Assembly: GCA_963768835.1 (NCBI GenBank)
Contig: CAVYJB010000002.1
Coordinates: 208,223-272,222, forward strand
Direction: 5' to 3'
Source: an uncultured bacterium
GTDB taxonomy: Bacteria > Patescibacteriota > Minisyncoccia > UBA6257 > GWB1-50-10
Length of the DNA: 64,000 bases
In this document: positions 45,120 to 53,423 of the stretch, one piece after another
Layout: the number at the start of each line of letters is the position of its first letter
Position numbering within the stretch: position 1 is the first letter of the stretch
Translations under genes and position numbers: made by a program
The notes under the pieces: model-generated
What the model saw: only the letters and a program-made list of their open reading frames with translations
What the model was told of the DNA's origin: nothing
The model's database searches: none

Positions 45120-46630
45120 AACCGATTCTCCAAGATCTCCTCGCGCGGTTACATTCTCTCGTCGAACGCCTTACCTCGCCTCCCCGGATTGCGGGTCTTG
45201 AGATCACCGACTCTGGTCTCCAGTATCTCCGGGTTGGGAAGGACATACAGGCCTTATCGCTTCGGTTCCTCCCCGGTGTCCTGCGGGATGGAAAGATTCT
45301 TGACGAAGCGCGCATGGAAGAGACGCTTCGGCAGCTTCATGATATGGCGGAGCCAGGCAAGCTTCGCCAAATGCTCCCTGTGGTGGTCGCGCTTCCGCCT
45401 TCTCTCATCTATACGCAGTCTTTAAGTATCCCAAACGCGGGGCGCGAGCACCTCGAGGAGTCCGCTGATCTCAACCTCCAGATGATAGCGCCCATGCAGC
45501 GGGATCAGGCGTACGCAAGCTGGCAGCTCATTGCGGAGTCGCCTGACCGGTTTGAGCTCCTCGGCGCCTTTGCGGAGCGGGTGATCGTAGACCGTTTCCG
45601 TGCAATTCTTGCCCGGTGCGGCTTCGCTCCCGTGGCGCTCGAGTTTCCAAGTCTCGCCCTCTCGCGCGTTATCGTGGAGGCCGCGGGAACCTTCCCCGCC
45701 GCAGTTCTTGGGTTTCAGGTATCAAGCGACGGCCTGGAACTTTTCATCGTCCGTAGCGGTGCGCTCGTCTTCGACTACTTTCATTCTTGGCAAGCCATCC
45801 AAGGGGACCGTAGGGAAATCCCCCGCGAGCTTTTTGAACAAGTAATGGCGCAGGAAGTGCAGCGTGTCATGAATTTTGCCTTAAGCAAATTCAAGGAAAC
45901 CCTCACGCAAGTATTTCTTGTAGCGCCGGGTTTCGAGGGAGAGATAACCGAATTCCTCGTAAAACGTTTCGGTCTTCGCGTGGTCCCCTTGGAGCTCAAG
46001 TCATGGAATCTAGATTCCACGTGGTATGTCGCCCTCGGTTCCGCGCTTCGCGGTGGGATGGATCGAAGCACTGATCAATTTATCAGTCTCGCGCCCGTCC
46101 GGGCGGCCGACCTCTATTACCACGAACAAGTGCTCAGTTTTGTAGCCCTGTGGAGGAAAGTCCTTGTGGGTACGCTTGCGCTTTTTCTTCTGCTTTTCGG
46201 TGGCATCGCGTATGTTTTTTCCCGATACAATCAAGTACTCGAGGGCCAGCTTGTCTCCATTCCTATCGCATCACGACAGGGTGATTTTCTACAGCTTCAA
46301 GCCGAGGCCGCAGAGTTTAACCGTCTCGCTACGGCCGCTGCTACCGTTCAGGCTGGCGCCCAGCCTTTCGAAGCTCTTCTCACGAGCCTTCAGGGTCTCA
46401 CGGCTGCAAACCACGTATCAATCGAACGCTTGGACGTGACCTCTTTTCAGGATCCTGTGCAGCTTACCGCCGCAGCACCGGACGAAACGACCGTGATTCA
46501 GTTTAAGAACGTTCTCATCCAGGACCCCCATTTCTTTGATGTGAACTTCAGTATTGCCAACATCGTTAGGAACTCAAGCGGCTCCTACGAGTTCAGTATC
46601 GCATTTCGCTTCCGACCCCAGACGCCCTAG
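45116..46630 (+). CDS. Type IV pilus assembly PilM-like (actin-like ATPase fold) fused to a PilN/PilO-like TM + periplasmic region
   Basis: 'IAGLEITDSGLQYLRV' resembles the PilM N-terminal 'GLDIGxxSIKxVxL', and 'VVVALPPSLIYTQSLSIP' follows it. An internal TM segment 'VLVGTLALFLLLFGGIAYVF' is followed by a coiled C-terminal part. Confidence 0.4.
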   Translation: MKPILQDLLARLHSLVERLTSPPRIAGLEITDSGLQYLRVGKDIQALSLRFLPGVLRDGKILDEARMEETLRQLHDMAEPGKLRQMLPVVVALPPSLIYTQSLSIPNAGREHLEESADLNLQMIAPMQRDQAYASWQLIAESPDRFELLGAFAERVIVDRFRAILARCGFAPVALEFPSLALSRVIVEAAGTFPAAVLGFQVSSDGLELFIVRSGALVFDYFHSWQAIQGDRREIPRELFEQVMAQEVQRVMNFALSKFKETLTQVFLVAPGFEGEITEFLVKRFGLRVVPLELKSWNLDSTWYVALGSALRGGMDRSTDQFISLAPVRAADLYYHEQVLSFVALWRKVLVGTLALFLLLFGGIAYVFSRYNQVLEGQLVSIPIASRQGDFLQLQAEAAEFNRLATAAATVQAGAQPFEALLTSLQGLTAANHVSIERLDVTSFQDPVQLTAAAPDETTVIQFKNVLIQDPHFFDVNFSIANIVRNSSGSYEFSIAFRFRPQTP

Positions 46631-46644
46631 CGGGCAATGGCGAG

Positions 46645-47199
46645 CTACTCCTTATCGGGAGAGCGGAGGAGCTTCTCGAGTCCTCGAAACGCGGGCTCGA
46701 GAGTAGCTTCGTCGTAGATTTTCGAGAGGACAAAATCGCCCGCGGGGATTCGGGGTGCGCCCTGGGGGAGTTCCCGCCGAATGCCGATACGAAAACGTGG
46801 AAACGCATCGGTGCCGAGGGTAGCGATGACCGACTGGACGCCACGGTGTCCCGCGTCTCCGCGCCCAAGAGCGATACGGGTTTCCCCGAGCGGAAGGTCC
46901 GCGTCGTCGTGAACCAGTAATAGATTTTCTGGGGACACCTTATAGTATTTTATCGCTGCGCCAACCGCGCGGCCTGACTCGTTCATAAAGATGGTAGGGT
47001 ATGCGAGGGTGAAAGTTCCCGCCCGAGTCGCTTCAATCGGTAGTTTCGAAACGGAAGTAAACGCCGGCGCCCCTAAAATCTTCGCAAAATGTTCCACCGC
47101 GAGCCGTCCGGCGTTGTGGTAGGTGTGCTCATACTCCGGTCCTGGGTTCCCAAGACCCACGATGAGTCGGATGCGCGCGGGGTTGAAATCGTGCTCCAT
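46645..47199 (-). CDS. pth: Peptidyl-tRNA hydrolase
   Basis: 'LIVGLGNPGPEYEHTYHNAGRLAVEHFAK' is canonical Pth. Confidence 0.85.
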   Translation of the reverse strand: MEHDFNPARIRLIVGLGNPGPEYEHTYHNAGRLAVEHFAKILGAPAFTSVSKLPIEATRAGTFTLAYPTIFMNESGRAVGAAIKYYKVSPENLLLVHDDADLPLGETRIALGRGDAGHRGVQSVIATLGTDAFPRFRIGIRRELPQGAPRIPAGDFVLSKIYDEATLEPAFRGLEKLLRSPDKE

Positions 47200-47231
47200 T
47201 GTCCCTACAATGATGCCATACGAAAATTCGT

Positions 47232-47771
47232 ATGCGCAAACTGCTTTGGTCGTTCATCGAAGTCGTCGAAACCATCATTATCGCCGTGGTGGCGGTATTT
47301 CTCGTCCGTTCCTTCGTGGCGCAGCCCTTCCTCGTGAGCGGTTCCAGCATGGAGCCAAACTTCCAGAACGGAGATTATCTCCTGATCGACGAGCTGTCAT
47401 ATCGCTTCCGGCCGCCGGAGCGGGGCGAGGTTATTGTTTTCAGATATCCCGGGGACCACAAATCCTTTTACATCAAGCGGGTCATCGGGCTCCCCGGCGA
47501 ACGGGTGGTGGTCAACAACGACCAGGTGGCGGTCTACGACAGCGGTGCCCAGAAGGTTCTTGATGAACCCTATCTCGATGGTAATCGCACCACGGGCTCC
47601 ACAGACACAACACTCGGGCCCGGACAGTATTTTGTGATGGGCGACAACCGACCTTTCAGTTCCGACTCGAGGAGCTGGGGTCCTGTCTCAACCAGCGATC
47701 TTGTGGGGCTCGTCCGTTTCCGCCTTTGGCCGGTGAACCGTGCGATGGCATTCACCGCCCCCGCCTACTAG
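47232..47771 (+). CDS. lepB: Signal peptidase I
   Basis: 'VSGSSMEPNF' contains the catalytic Ser box (SM/EPT). 'GDYLLIDELSY' and 'IKRVIGLPGE' are Lys-box regions. Confidence 0.75.
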   Translation: MRKLLWSFIEVVETIIIAVVAVFLVRSFVAQPFLVSGSSMEPNFQNGDYLLIDELSYRFRPPERGEVIVFRYPGDHKSFYIKRVIGLPGERVVVNNDQVAVYDSGAQKVLDEPYLDGNRTTGSTDTTLGPGQYFVMGDNRPFSSDSRSWGPVSTSDLVGLVRFRLWPVNRAMAFTAPAY

Positions 47772-47821
47772 CAGAGCTACCCCTCCCATCAACTCAGCGA
47801 TCCTCTGGGATCCACTATCCT

Positions 47822-49138
47822 ATGCCTACCCCACAACCCTCCAAAAACTCTAAAAAATCTAAACCGCCCACCCTCATTCTTCCCGCCACGGTGCGCGGGA
47901 TGTCCGACATCCTTCCGAAAGATGAGATGTGGTGGAAAGCGGTGACGCAAGCGGGGACGAACGTGGCAGAGCTCCACGATTTCCACCTCATCGAAACTCC
48001 CATCCTCGAGTCCGCGGATCTCTTTGAGCGTGGGGTGGGGGATACTACCGACATCGTGGAAAAGCAGATGTATACCTTCCGGACCCGCGGAGATGACCGT
48101 GTTGCCCTTAGGCCTGAAGGTACCGCCTCCGTGATGCGCAGCTATTTAGAGCACCACCTCGGATACTTCGCGTCGCCGCTTAAGGTGTACTATGTCGGTC
48201 CGATGTTCCGCTATGAGAGACCCCAAGCGGGGCGCGAGCGACAGTTCCACCAGTGGGGCTTCGAGGTCATCGGGGACGGGGACCCGCTTTATGATGCGGA
48301 GGTTATTATGGCGACGATGGATCTTTTGGGTGCGCTCCGGCTCAAAAACCTAATCCTGAAAATTAATAGCATTGGATGCCGCGTGTGCCGGGGAAATTAT
48401 CGAGAGAAGCTCAAATCCTATTATGGTGGTCACCGCTCGAAGCTTTGCAAAGACTGTGAGCGTCGCCTCGAGCGGAACCCGCTCCGGCTTCTCGATTGCA
48501 CGGAACCGGACTGCGTGGCGCTACGGAAGGATGCGCCCATTATCCTTGACTACCTATGCCAAAACTGTAACAATCACCTGAAGACCGTGCTGGAAATCAT
48601 GGAGGATCAGGGGATCGTCTATGAGCCAGATCCTTACCTTGTTCGCGGCCTCGACTACTACAATCGTACGGTCTTTGAGGTATGGAGCCCTTCGTTCGGA
48701 TCGGCGCTCGGCGGCGGCGGCCGCTACGACTACCTTTCTGAAATCCTGAGCGGTCGCTCCGTGCCGGCCGTCGGGGTTGCGCTGGGGATTGAACGGATCA
48801 TTGAAACATTGAAAGCTCTGGAGATACCGCCGTACGTGAAGACGCGTCCTCGAATCTTCTTCGCCGCGGTGGGAGAGCAGGCGCGTAAGGCTGCCATGAA
48901 ACTGATCGGCGAACTACGGCGCAGCGGGATCCCCGTCGTGGAAGCGATTGGAAAGAAATCTCTCAAGGCGCAGCTGAAATCCGCGGACAAGATGGAGGCT
49001 CCTCTCGCGATCCTTCTCGGTCAAAAAGAAGTATTTGAAGGAAGCGTCATTCTCCGGGATATGCGGAGCGGTGCCCAAGAAACCGTCGTAGTGGCGAAAC
49101 TCACCGAAGAGGTGAAGCGGCGCCTGAAGGCTGTCTGA
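47822..49138 (+). CDS. hisS: Histidine--tRNA ligase
   Basis: Class II aaRS motifs: 'KVYYVGPMFRYERPQAGRERQFHQ' (motif 2) and 'GGGRYDYL' (motif 3 region). Start taken at the Met of MPTPQ. Confidence 0.8.
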   Translation: MPTPQPSKNSKKSKPPTLILPATVRGMSDILPKDEMWWKAVTQAGTNVAELHDFHLIETPILESADLFERGVGDTTDIVEKQMYTFRTRGDDRVALRPEGTASVMRSYLEHHLGYFASPLKVYYVGPMFRYERPQAGRERQFHQWGFEVIGDGDPLYDAEVIMATMDLLGALRLKNLILKINSIGCRVCRGNYREKLKSYYGGHRSKLCKDCERRLERNPLRLLDCTEPDCVALRKDAPIILDYLCQNCNNHLKTVLEIMEDQGIVYEPDPYLVRGLDYYNRTVFEVWSPSFGSALGGGGRYDYLSEILSGRSVPAVGVALGIERIIETLKALEIPPYVKTRPRIFFAAVGEQARKAAMKLIGELRRSGIPVVEAIGKKSLKAQLKSADKMEAPLAILLGQKEVFEGSVILRDMRSGAQETVVVAKLTEEVKRRLKAV

Positions 49139-49153
49139 CGGATTCCTCCGCGC

Positions 49154-49579
49154 ATGCCTACCTCGAAAGAGTGCCTCTTCTGTCGAATCATCCGGAAGGA
49201 GATTCCGGCCCAGATCATCTATGAGGATGCGGCGACGATGGCAGTTCTCGATGTGAACCCCCGCGCGCCGGGCCACACGATGATCCTCCCTCGCGATCAC
49301 GTGAACTCGATCTTGGAGCTCGACGACCAGCACCTAGGCCCCACCTTCCATACCGTGAAGCGGATTGTGAAAGCTCTCAAAGCCACGTTCGCGCCGGACG
49401 GCTTCACGATCGGCATCAACCACGGGCGGGCGGCGGGGCAGGCGATTGATCATCTCCATATTCATGTCATCCCGCGGTGGAGTACGGACGGAGGTGGCTC
49501 CATCCACTCCGTTGTTTCGAATCCGCCTCAGGAGTCCCTTGCTGTGCTCCGGTCGAAGATCGTCGAACACTTAACCTAA
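49154..49579 (+). CDS. HIT-family protein (histidine triad nucleotide-binding)
   Basis: 'HLHIHVIPR' is the histidine triad motif. Confidence 0.75.
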   Translation: MPTSKECLFCRIIRKEIPAQIIYEDAATMAVLDVNPRAPGHTMILPRDHVNSILELDDQHLGPTFHTVKRIVKALKATFAPDGFTIGINHGRAAGQAIDHLHIHVIPRWSTDGGGSIHSVVSNPPQESLAVLRSKIVEHLT

Positions 49580-49597
49580 CCAAATAATTTAATCGCA

Positions 49598-49813
49598 ATG
49601 GCTATTGAGATACGCAAGCGAGAGGGAGAGACCACGGGGTCGTTCCTCTACCGTTTCAACAAGAAGGTCCAACACAGCGGCCTTATTAAGGAAGTGCGGA
49701 AGCGCCAGTTCCGCGGCCGCACCGCGAACCAGCGGAAGCGTCGGCTCTCGGCGCTCTATCGCCTGGGCCGCCAACAGGATCTCACGCGTGCTCGGAAGTA
49801 CGGCAATGCCTAA
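49598..49813 (+). CDS. rpsU: 30S ribosomal protein bS21
   Basis: Short basic protein. 'FLYRFNKKVQHSGLIKEVRKRQFRGRTANQRKR' has the pattern of S21 '..ALRRFKR...G...E.RRR.FYEKP...RKR'. Confidence 0.55.
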   Translation: MAIEIRKREGETTGSFLYRFNKKVQHSGLIKEVRKRQFRGRTANQRKRRLSALYRLGRQQDLTRARKYGNA

Positions 49814-50297
49814 ACCGCTCAAGGAAGCGACGGAACCAACGCTTGCGCGACGCATCGACGCTGACACGGTCGCGGCTCTAAAGAGTGGCGACGCGGTGCG
49901 GGTCGGGACTCTTCGACTGCTTCGGACCGTTCTCCACAACCGCGAAATCGAAAAGCATGGGAAGGGGGACGACGCTCCGCTTTCGGATGCCGAGGTTCTG
50001 GATCTTATCGGGCGGGAAATTAAGAAGCGACGCGAAGCTATCGAGCTTTATGGAAAGGCGGGACGCACTGAATTGGTGACGAAGGAACAGGGTGAGCTCA
50101 AGATTCTCGAGGTGTATCTTCCTCCGCAGATGGGGGAGGCGGAGGTTCGGAACGCGGTCGAGGCGGCGGTCCTCGAGACGGGAGCCGCGGGACCCAAGGA
50201 TTTTGGGCGCGCCATGGGAGTCCTTGCGGGGCGCTTGAAAGGAAAAACGGATGCCACGCTGATCGCGCGGATCTTGAAAAATCGGCTCGGGGGGTAA
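49806..50297 (+). CDS. GatB/YqeY-domain protein
   Basis: The rpsU-yqeY adjacency is conserved in many bacteria. The sequence 'ALKSGDAVRVGTLRLL...EVYLPPQMGEAEV...GAAGPKDFGRAMG' fits the YqeY family. Confidence 0.55.
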   Translation: MPKPLKEATEPTLARRIDADTVAALKSGDAVRVGTLRLLRTVLHNREIEKHGKGDDAPLSDAEVLDLIGREIKKRREAIELYGKAGRTELVTKEQGELKILEVYLPPQMGEAEVRNAVEAAVLETGAAGPKDFGRAMGVLAGRLKGKTDATLIARILKNRLGG

Positions 50298-50300
50298 GGC

Positions 50301-50741
50301 ATGAACCGTATTATTCTGGAAGTTTCAGATAAGCGATGGGGGTCCGTCGAGAAGGCCGTTTGTGCGGCGCTCCGGCGGGCCCTTCTTCTTTTAAAGGAGT
50401 CGGGGGTCGCTCTCGAGGTCCACCTCGTAACCGATGCCGAGATGAAAAAGCTCTCGGGGGCCTACCACGGTCGTCGGGCGCCCGTGAATGTTCTAAGTTT
50501 CCCCGCCCATGCGTTCCCACATCCGACGGTGGGGCGCCGGACGCGCTATCTCGGAGAGATCTATGTGGCGCCGCAGTATGCGCGCGCGCACCATTTTGAC
50601 CCTCGCTTCCTCGTGGTGCACGGTCTCCTACATCTCCTGGGGTATACGCACCAGGGCGCTCGTGATACTATAAAAATGGAACAGCTCGAGGACCGTCTCT
50701 TGGCACGCTCCGAGCGGAAATCGGGTCCCTCTTTTGCATGA
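50301..50741 (+). CDS. ybeY: rRNA maturation endoribonuclease YbeY
   Basis: 'HGLLHLLGYTH' is the H-x-x-x-H-x-x-G-Y-x-H zinc-binding motif of YbeY. Confidence 0.75.
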   Translation: MNRIILEVSDKRWGSVEKAVCAALRRALLLLKESGVALEVHLVTDAEMKKLSGAYHGRRAPVNVLSFPAHAFPHPTVGRRTRYLGEIYVAPQYARAHHFDPRFLVVHGLLHLLGYTHQGARDTIKMEQLEDRLLARSERKSGPSFA

Positions 50742-51946
50742 TCACCAGTCTCGACATCGGTTCATCGCATATTAAAGGCATCGTCGCAGAGACGAGGAAA
50801 GGCGGCGGGCTCGGCGTGCTCGCGGCTTTCAAACATCCGTCCGCCGGCATCCGAAAAGGAACGATCGTGGATGTGGAAGAGGCGGGAGCGGTCCTCCGTG
50901 ATCTTGTGTTGGACCTCCAAAAACTTTCCAAGCACGCGACGCAGAATATTTTCGTGAATCTCCAGAGCGAGCACGTGCGCTCGCGTATATCTCAAGGCAT
51001 GGTAGCCGTCGCCCGCGCGGATCAAGAGATCCAATCGGACGACATCGACCGCGTGATGGACGCATCGCGCGCCGTGAAGCTGCCGTCGAATTACATGGTG
51101 CTTCACAATGTCACCCGGGAATACTACGTGGACGACATCGGGGACATCTCCGATCCCCTCGGTATGAGCGGAAACCGCCTAGGCGTGAGCACGCTCATCG
51201 TCGAAGCTTTCGCGCCGCAGTTCACCCAGCTCACCAAGCTTCTCGAACGCGTCGGAGCTCGGGTCGGCGGAGTGGTCTTCGGCCCGCTCGCGTCCTCGCG
51301 CGCCGTTCTTACGAAACGTCTCCGGGATCTCGGGGTTCTCATGATTGACCTCGGGTTCGGGACCACCTCTATCGCAATCTACGAGGAGAATAAGCCCTTA
51401 CACACGAAGTGTATCCCTATCGGATCGGGCCACGTGACGAACGACATCGCGATTGGCCTCAAGACCTCGATTGACGCGGCCGAGAAGCTGAAGACGACCT
51501 ACGGGTGTGCGGTGGCCAAAGATATCTCCCGCAAGGAATCCCTCCGGCTCGCGGAAGTAGACCCCTCGCTACCAGGAGAAGTCTCGCGCCGACTCCTCGC
51601 CGAGATTATCGAGGTGCGTCTTGCGGAAATTCTGGACCTCGTGGATAATGAGCTCAAATCGTTGGGGCGGAGCGTCCAACTGCCCGGCGGTGTGATCCTG
51701 ACCGGCGGGGGAGTGAAGCTGCCCGGCATGGTGGAGCTGGTGAGAAGCGAGATGAAGCTCCCGGTGCAGATCGGTTTCCCGAACCTCGGAGGGCTCGAGG
51801 TTACAAATCCCACCCACGAAGAGCTCCTCGACGATCCGGAGTTCGCGACCGCGGTGGGGCTCATCCTCTCGGCGGAAGAGCATGACCGGAAGGCGCCGCG
51901 GACTGCAGGCGGTATCCGAACCTTCTTCAAAAACTTTATTCCCTAG
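50738..51946 (+). CDS. ftsA: Cell division protein FtsA
   Basis: 'ITSLDIGSSHIKGIVAE' is the actin-fold phosphate-1 motif at the N-terminus. It is positioned immediately upstream of ftsZ. Confidence 0.8.
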   Translation: MITSLDIGSSHIKGIVAETRKGGGLGVLAAFKHPSAGIRKGTIVDVEEAGAVLRDLVLDLQKLSKHATQNIFVNLQSEHVRSRISQGMVAVARADQEIQSDDIDRVMDASRAVKLPSNYMVLHNVTREYYVDDIGDISDPLGMSGNRLGVSTLIVEAFAPQFTQLTKLLERVGARVGGVVFGPLASSRAVLTKRLRDLGVLMIDLGFGTTSIAIYEENKPLHTKCIPIGSGHVTNDIAIGLKTSIDAAEKLKTTYGCAVAKDISRKESLRLAEVDPSLPGEVSRRLLAEIIEVRLAEILDLVDNELKSLGRSVQLPGGVILTGGGVKLPGMVELVRSEMKLPVQIGFPNLGGLEVTNPTHEELLDDPEFATAVGLILSAEEHDRKAPRTAGGIRTFFKNFIP

Positions 51947-51952
51947 ATTTCC

Positions 51953-53158
51953 ATGAAACGAGTCAGAAAAAATTTAAAAGCGCAGCTTGCGGGTCCCGCG
52001 AGGGCGACTCCGAAGCGTCTCTTGGCGCGCATCAAAGTGGTGGGTGTCGGCGGTGGTGGCAGTAACGCGGTGACGCGAATGATGGAAGGCGACCGCATCA
52101 AAGGTGTGGAGTTTATCGCGATCAACACCGACGCCCAGGATCTTGATTACGCCGCGGCGCATCGGAAGATTTATATCGGGAAAGCCCTGACACACGGGCT
52201 CGGCACCGGCATGAACCCGGAGCTCGGGAAGCAGGCCGCGGAGGAGAACCGCTCCGAGATTGGAGAAGCGGTGGAAGGAGCCGACATCGTCTTCGTAACA
52301 GTCGGGCTGGGTGGCGGGACCGGTTCGGGTGCGGGCCCCATCGTAGCCGAGATCGCCCGTGAAAAGGGCATTCTCACCATCGGCATCGTCACGAAGCCGT
52401 TCGCGTTCGAAGGTACTCAGCGCGCGACCATCGCGCAGGACGCAGTGAACCGACTGAAAGATAAGGTGGACGCGCTCGTCGTTATCCCGAACGACCGGAT
52501 CTTCAGTCTTATTAGCAAGGATACGCCCCTCGTGCGCGCGTTCGGTTTTATCGACGATGTCCTGAAGAACGGCGTGCAAGCCATCGCGGAGCTTATCAAC
52601 GTGCCCGGCATCATCAACGTGGATTTTGCGGACATTCGGACGACTCTCAAGGACGCCGGCTCGACCCTTATCGGCATCGGAATAGCCTCGGGCGGGGATC
52701 GGAGCGTCAAGGCGGTGGACCAAGCCATCAACTCACCCCTTCTCGAAGTTTCTATTGAAGGAGCGAAAGGAGTGCTCTTTTCCATCGCAGGAGGACGAGA
52801 CCTCAAAATGTCCGAAATCCATGATATCGCAAAGACAATTGCCGGGAATCTTGACCCGGCTGCCCGGGTTATCTTCGGCGCGTACCACGACCGGAGCCTG
52901 CGGGATAAAAGCATTAAAGTCACGGTTATCGCGACCGGTTTCAATGGAGTGCTTCGGGAAAAACTCTCGACCTTACCCTCCCTCTTTGTGGATGAAGGTT
53001 TCCCGGGGAAGCGGGAGGTAGGGAAATCCCCCATGCCCCCCCGGAACGAAGAGGAACGGGAGAGGGAGAAGGAGAAAGGCGAGAAATCGGACGCTCCCAA
53101 GGTTTCGAAGGCTGACCAGTGGGAAATTCCGGCCTTCATGCGGAAGAAGAAACGCTAA
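51953..53158 (+). CDS. ftsZ: Cell division protein FtsZ
   Basis: Tubulin signature 'GGGTGSGAGP', 'VGVGGGGSNAV', and a C-terminal basic tail ending 'IPAFMRKKKR'. Confidence 0.9.
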   Translation: MKRVRKNLKAQLAGPARATPKRLLARIKVVGVGGGGSNAVTRMMEGDRIKGVEFIAINTDAQDLDYAAAHRKIYIGKALTHGLGTGMNPELGKQAAEENRSEIGEAVEGADIVFVTVGLGGGTGSGAGPIVAEIAREKGILTIGIVTKPFAFEGTQRATIAQDAVNRLKDKVDALVVIPNDRIFSLISKDTPLVRAFGFIDDVLKNGVQAIAELINVPGIINVDFADIRTTLKDAGSTLIGIGIASGGDRSVKAVDQAINSPLLEVSIEGAKGVLFSIAGGRDLKMSEIHDIAKTIAGNLDPAARVIFGAYHDRSLRDKSIKVTVIATGFNGVLREKLSTLPSLFVDEGFPGKREVGKSPMPPRNEEEREREKEKGEKSDAPKVSKADQWEIPAFMRKKKR

Positions 53159-53173
53159 GAGATTCTCTCTAGA

Positions 53174-53196
53174 GACCGCCTGCGGGCGGTTTTTTG
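53174..53196 (+). terminator. Probable rho-independent terminator after ftsZ
   Basis: Short hairpin gaccgcc-tgcg-ggcggt followed by ttttt. Confidence 0.4.
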
Positions 53197-53423
53197 TCGG
53201 GAAGGAAGCCGGATCCTCTCGGGCCCCACCCCTTTTGCTCAGAAATTTGACCGACTTCGGTCAGGACCCACCGTATACCCTTTCCGAGGTTCCGTGTCTT
53301 GACGGCGGAGCTCCTTTCCGTCGTTTTCAAAAATGGGGAGAGTTATCCACACCTCGTAAATGGAAAAAGCGTGACCTAGAATGTCTGAGTCGTTCTGAGC
53401 ACCAAACTATTTTCAAAAGTCCC

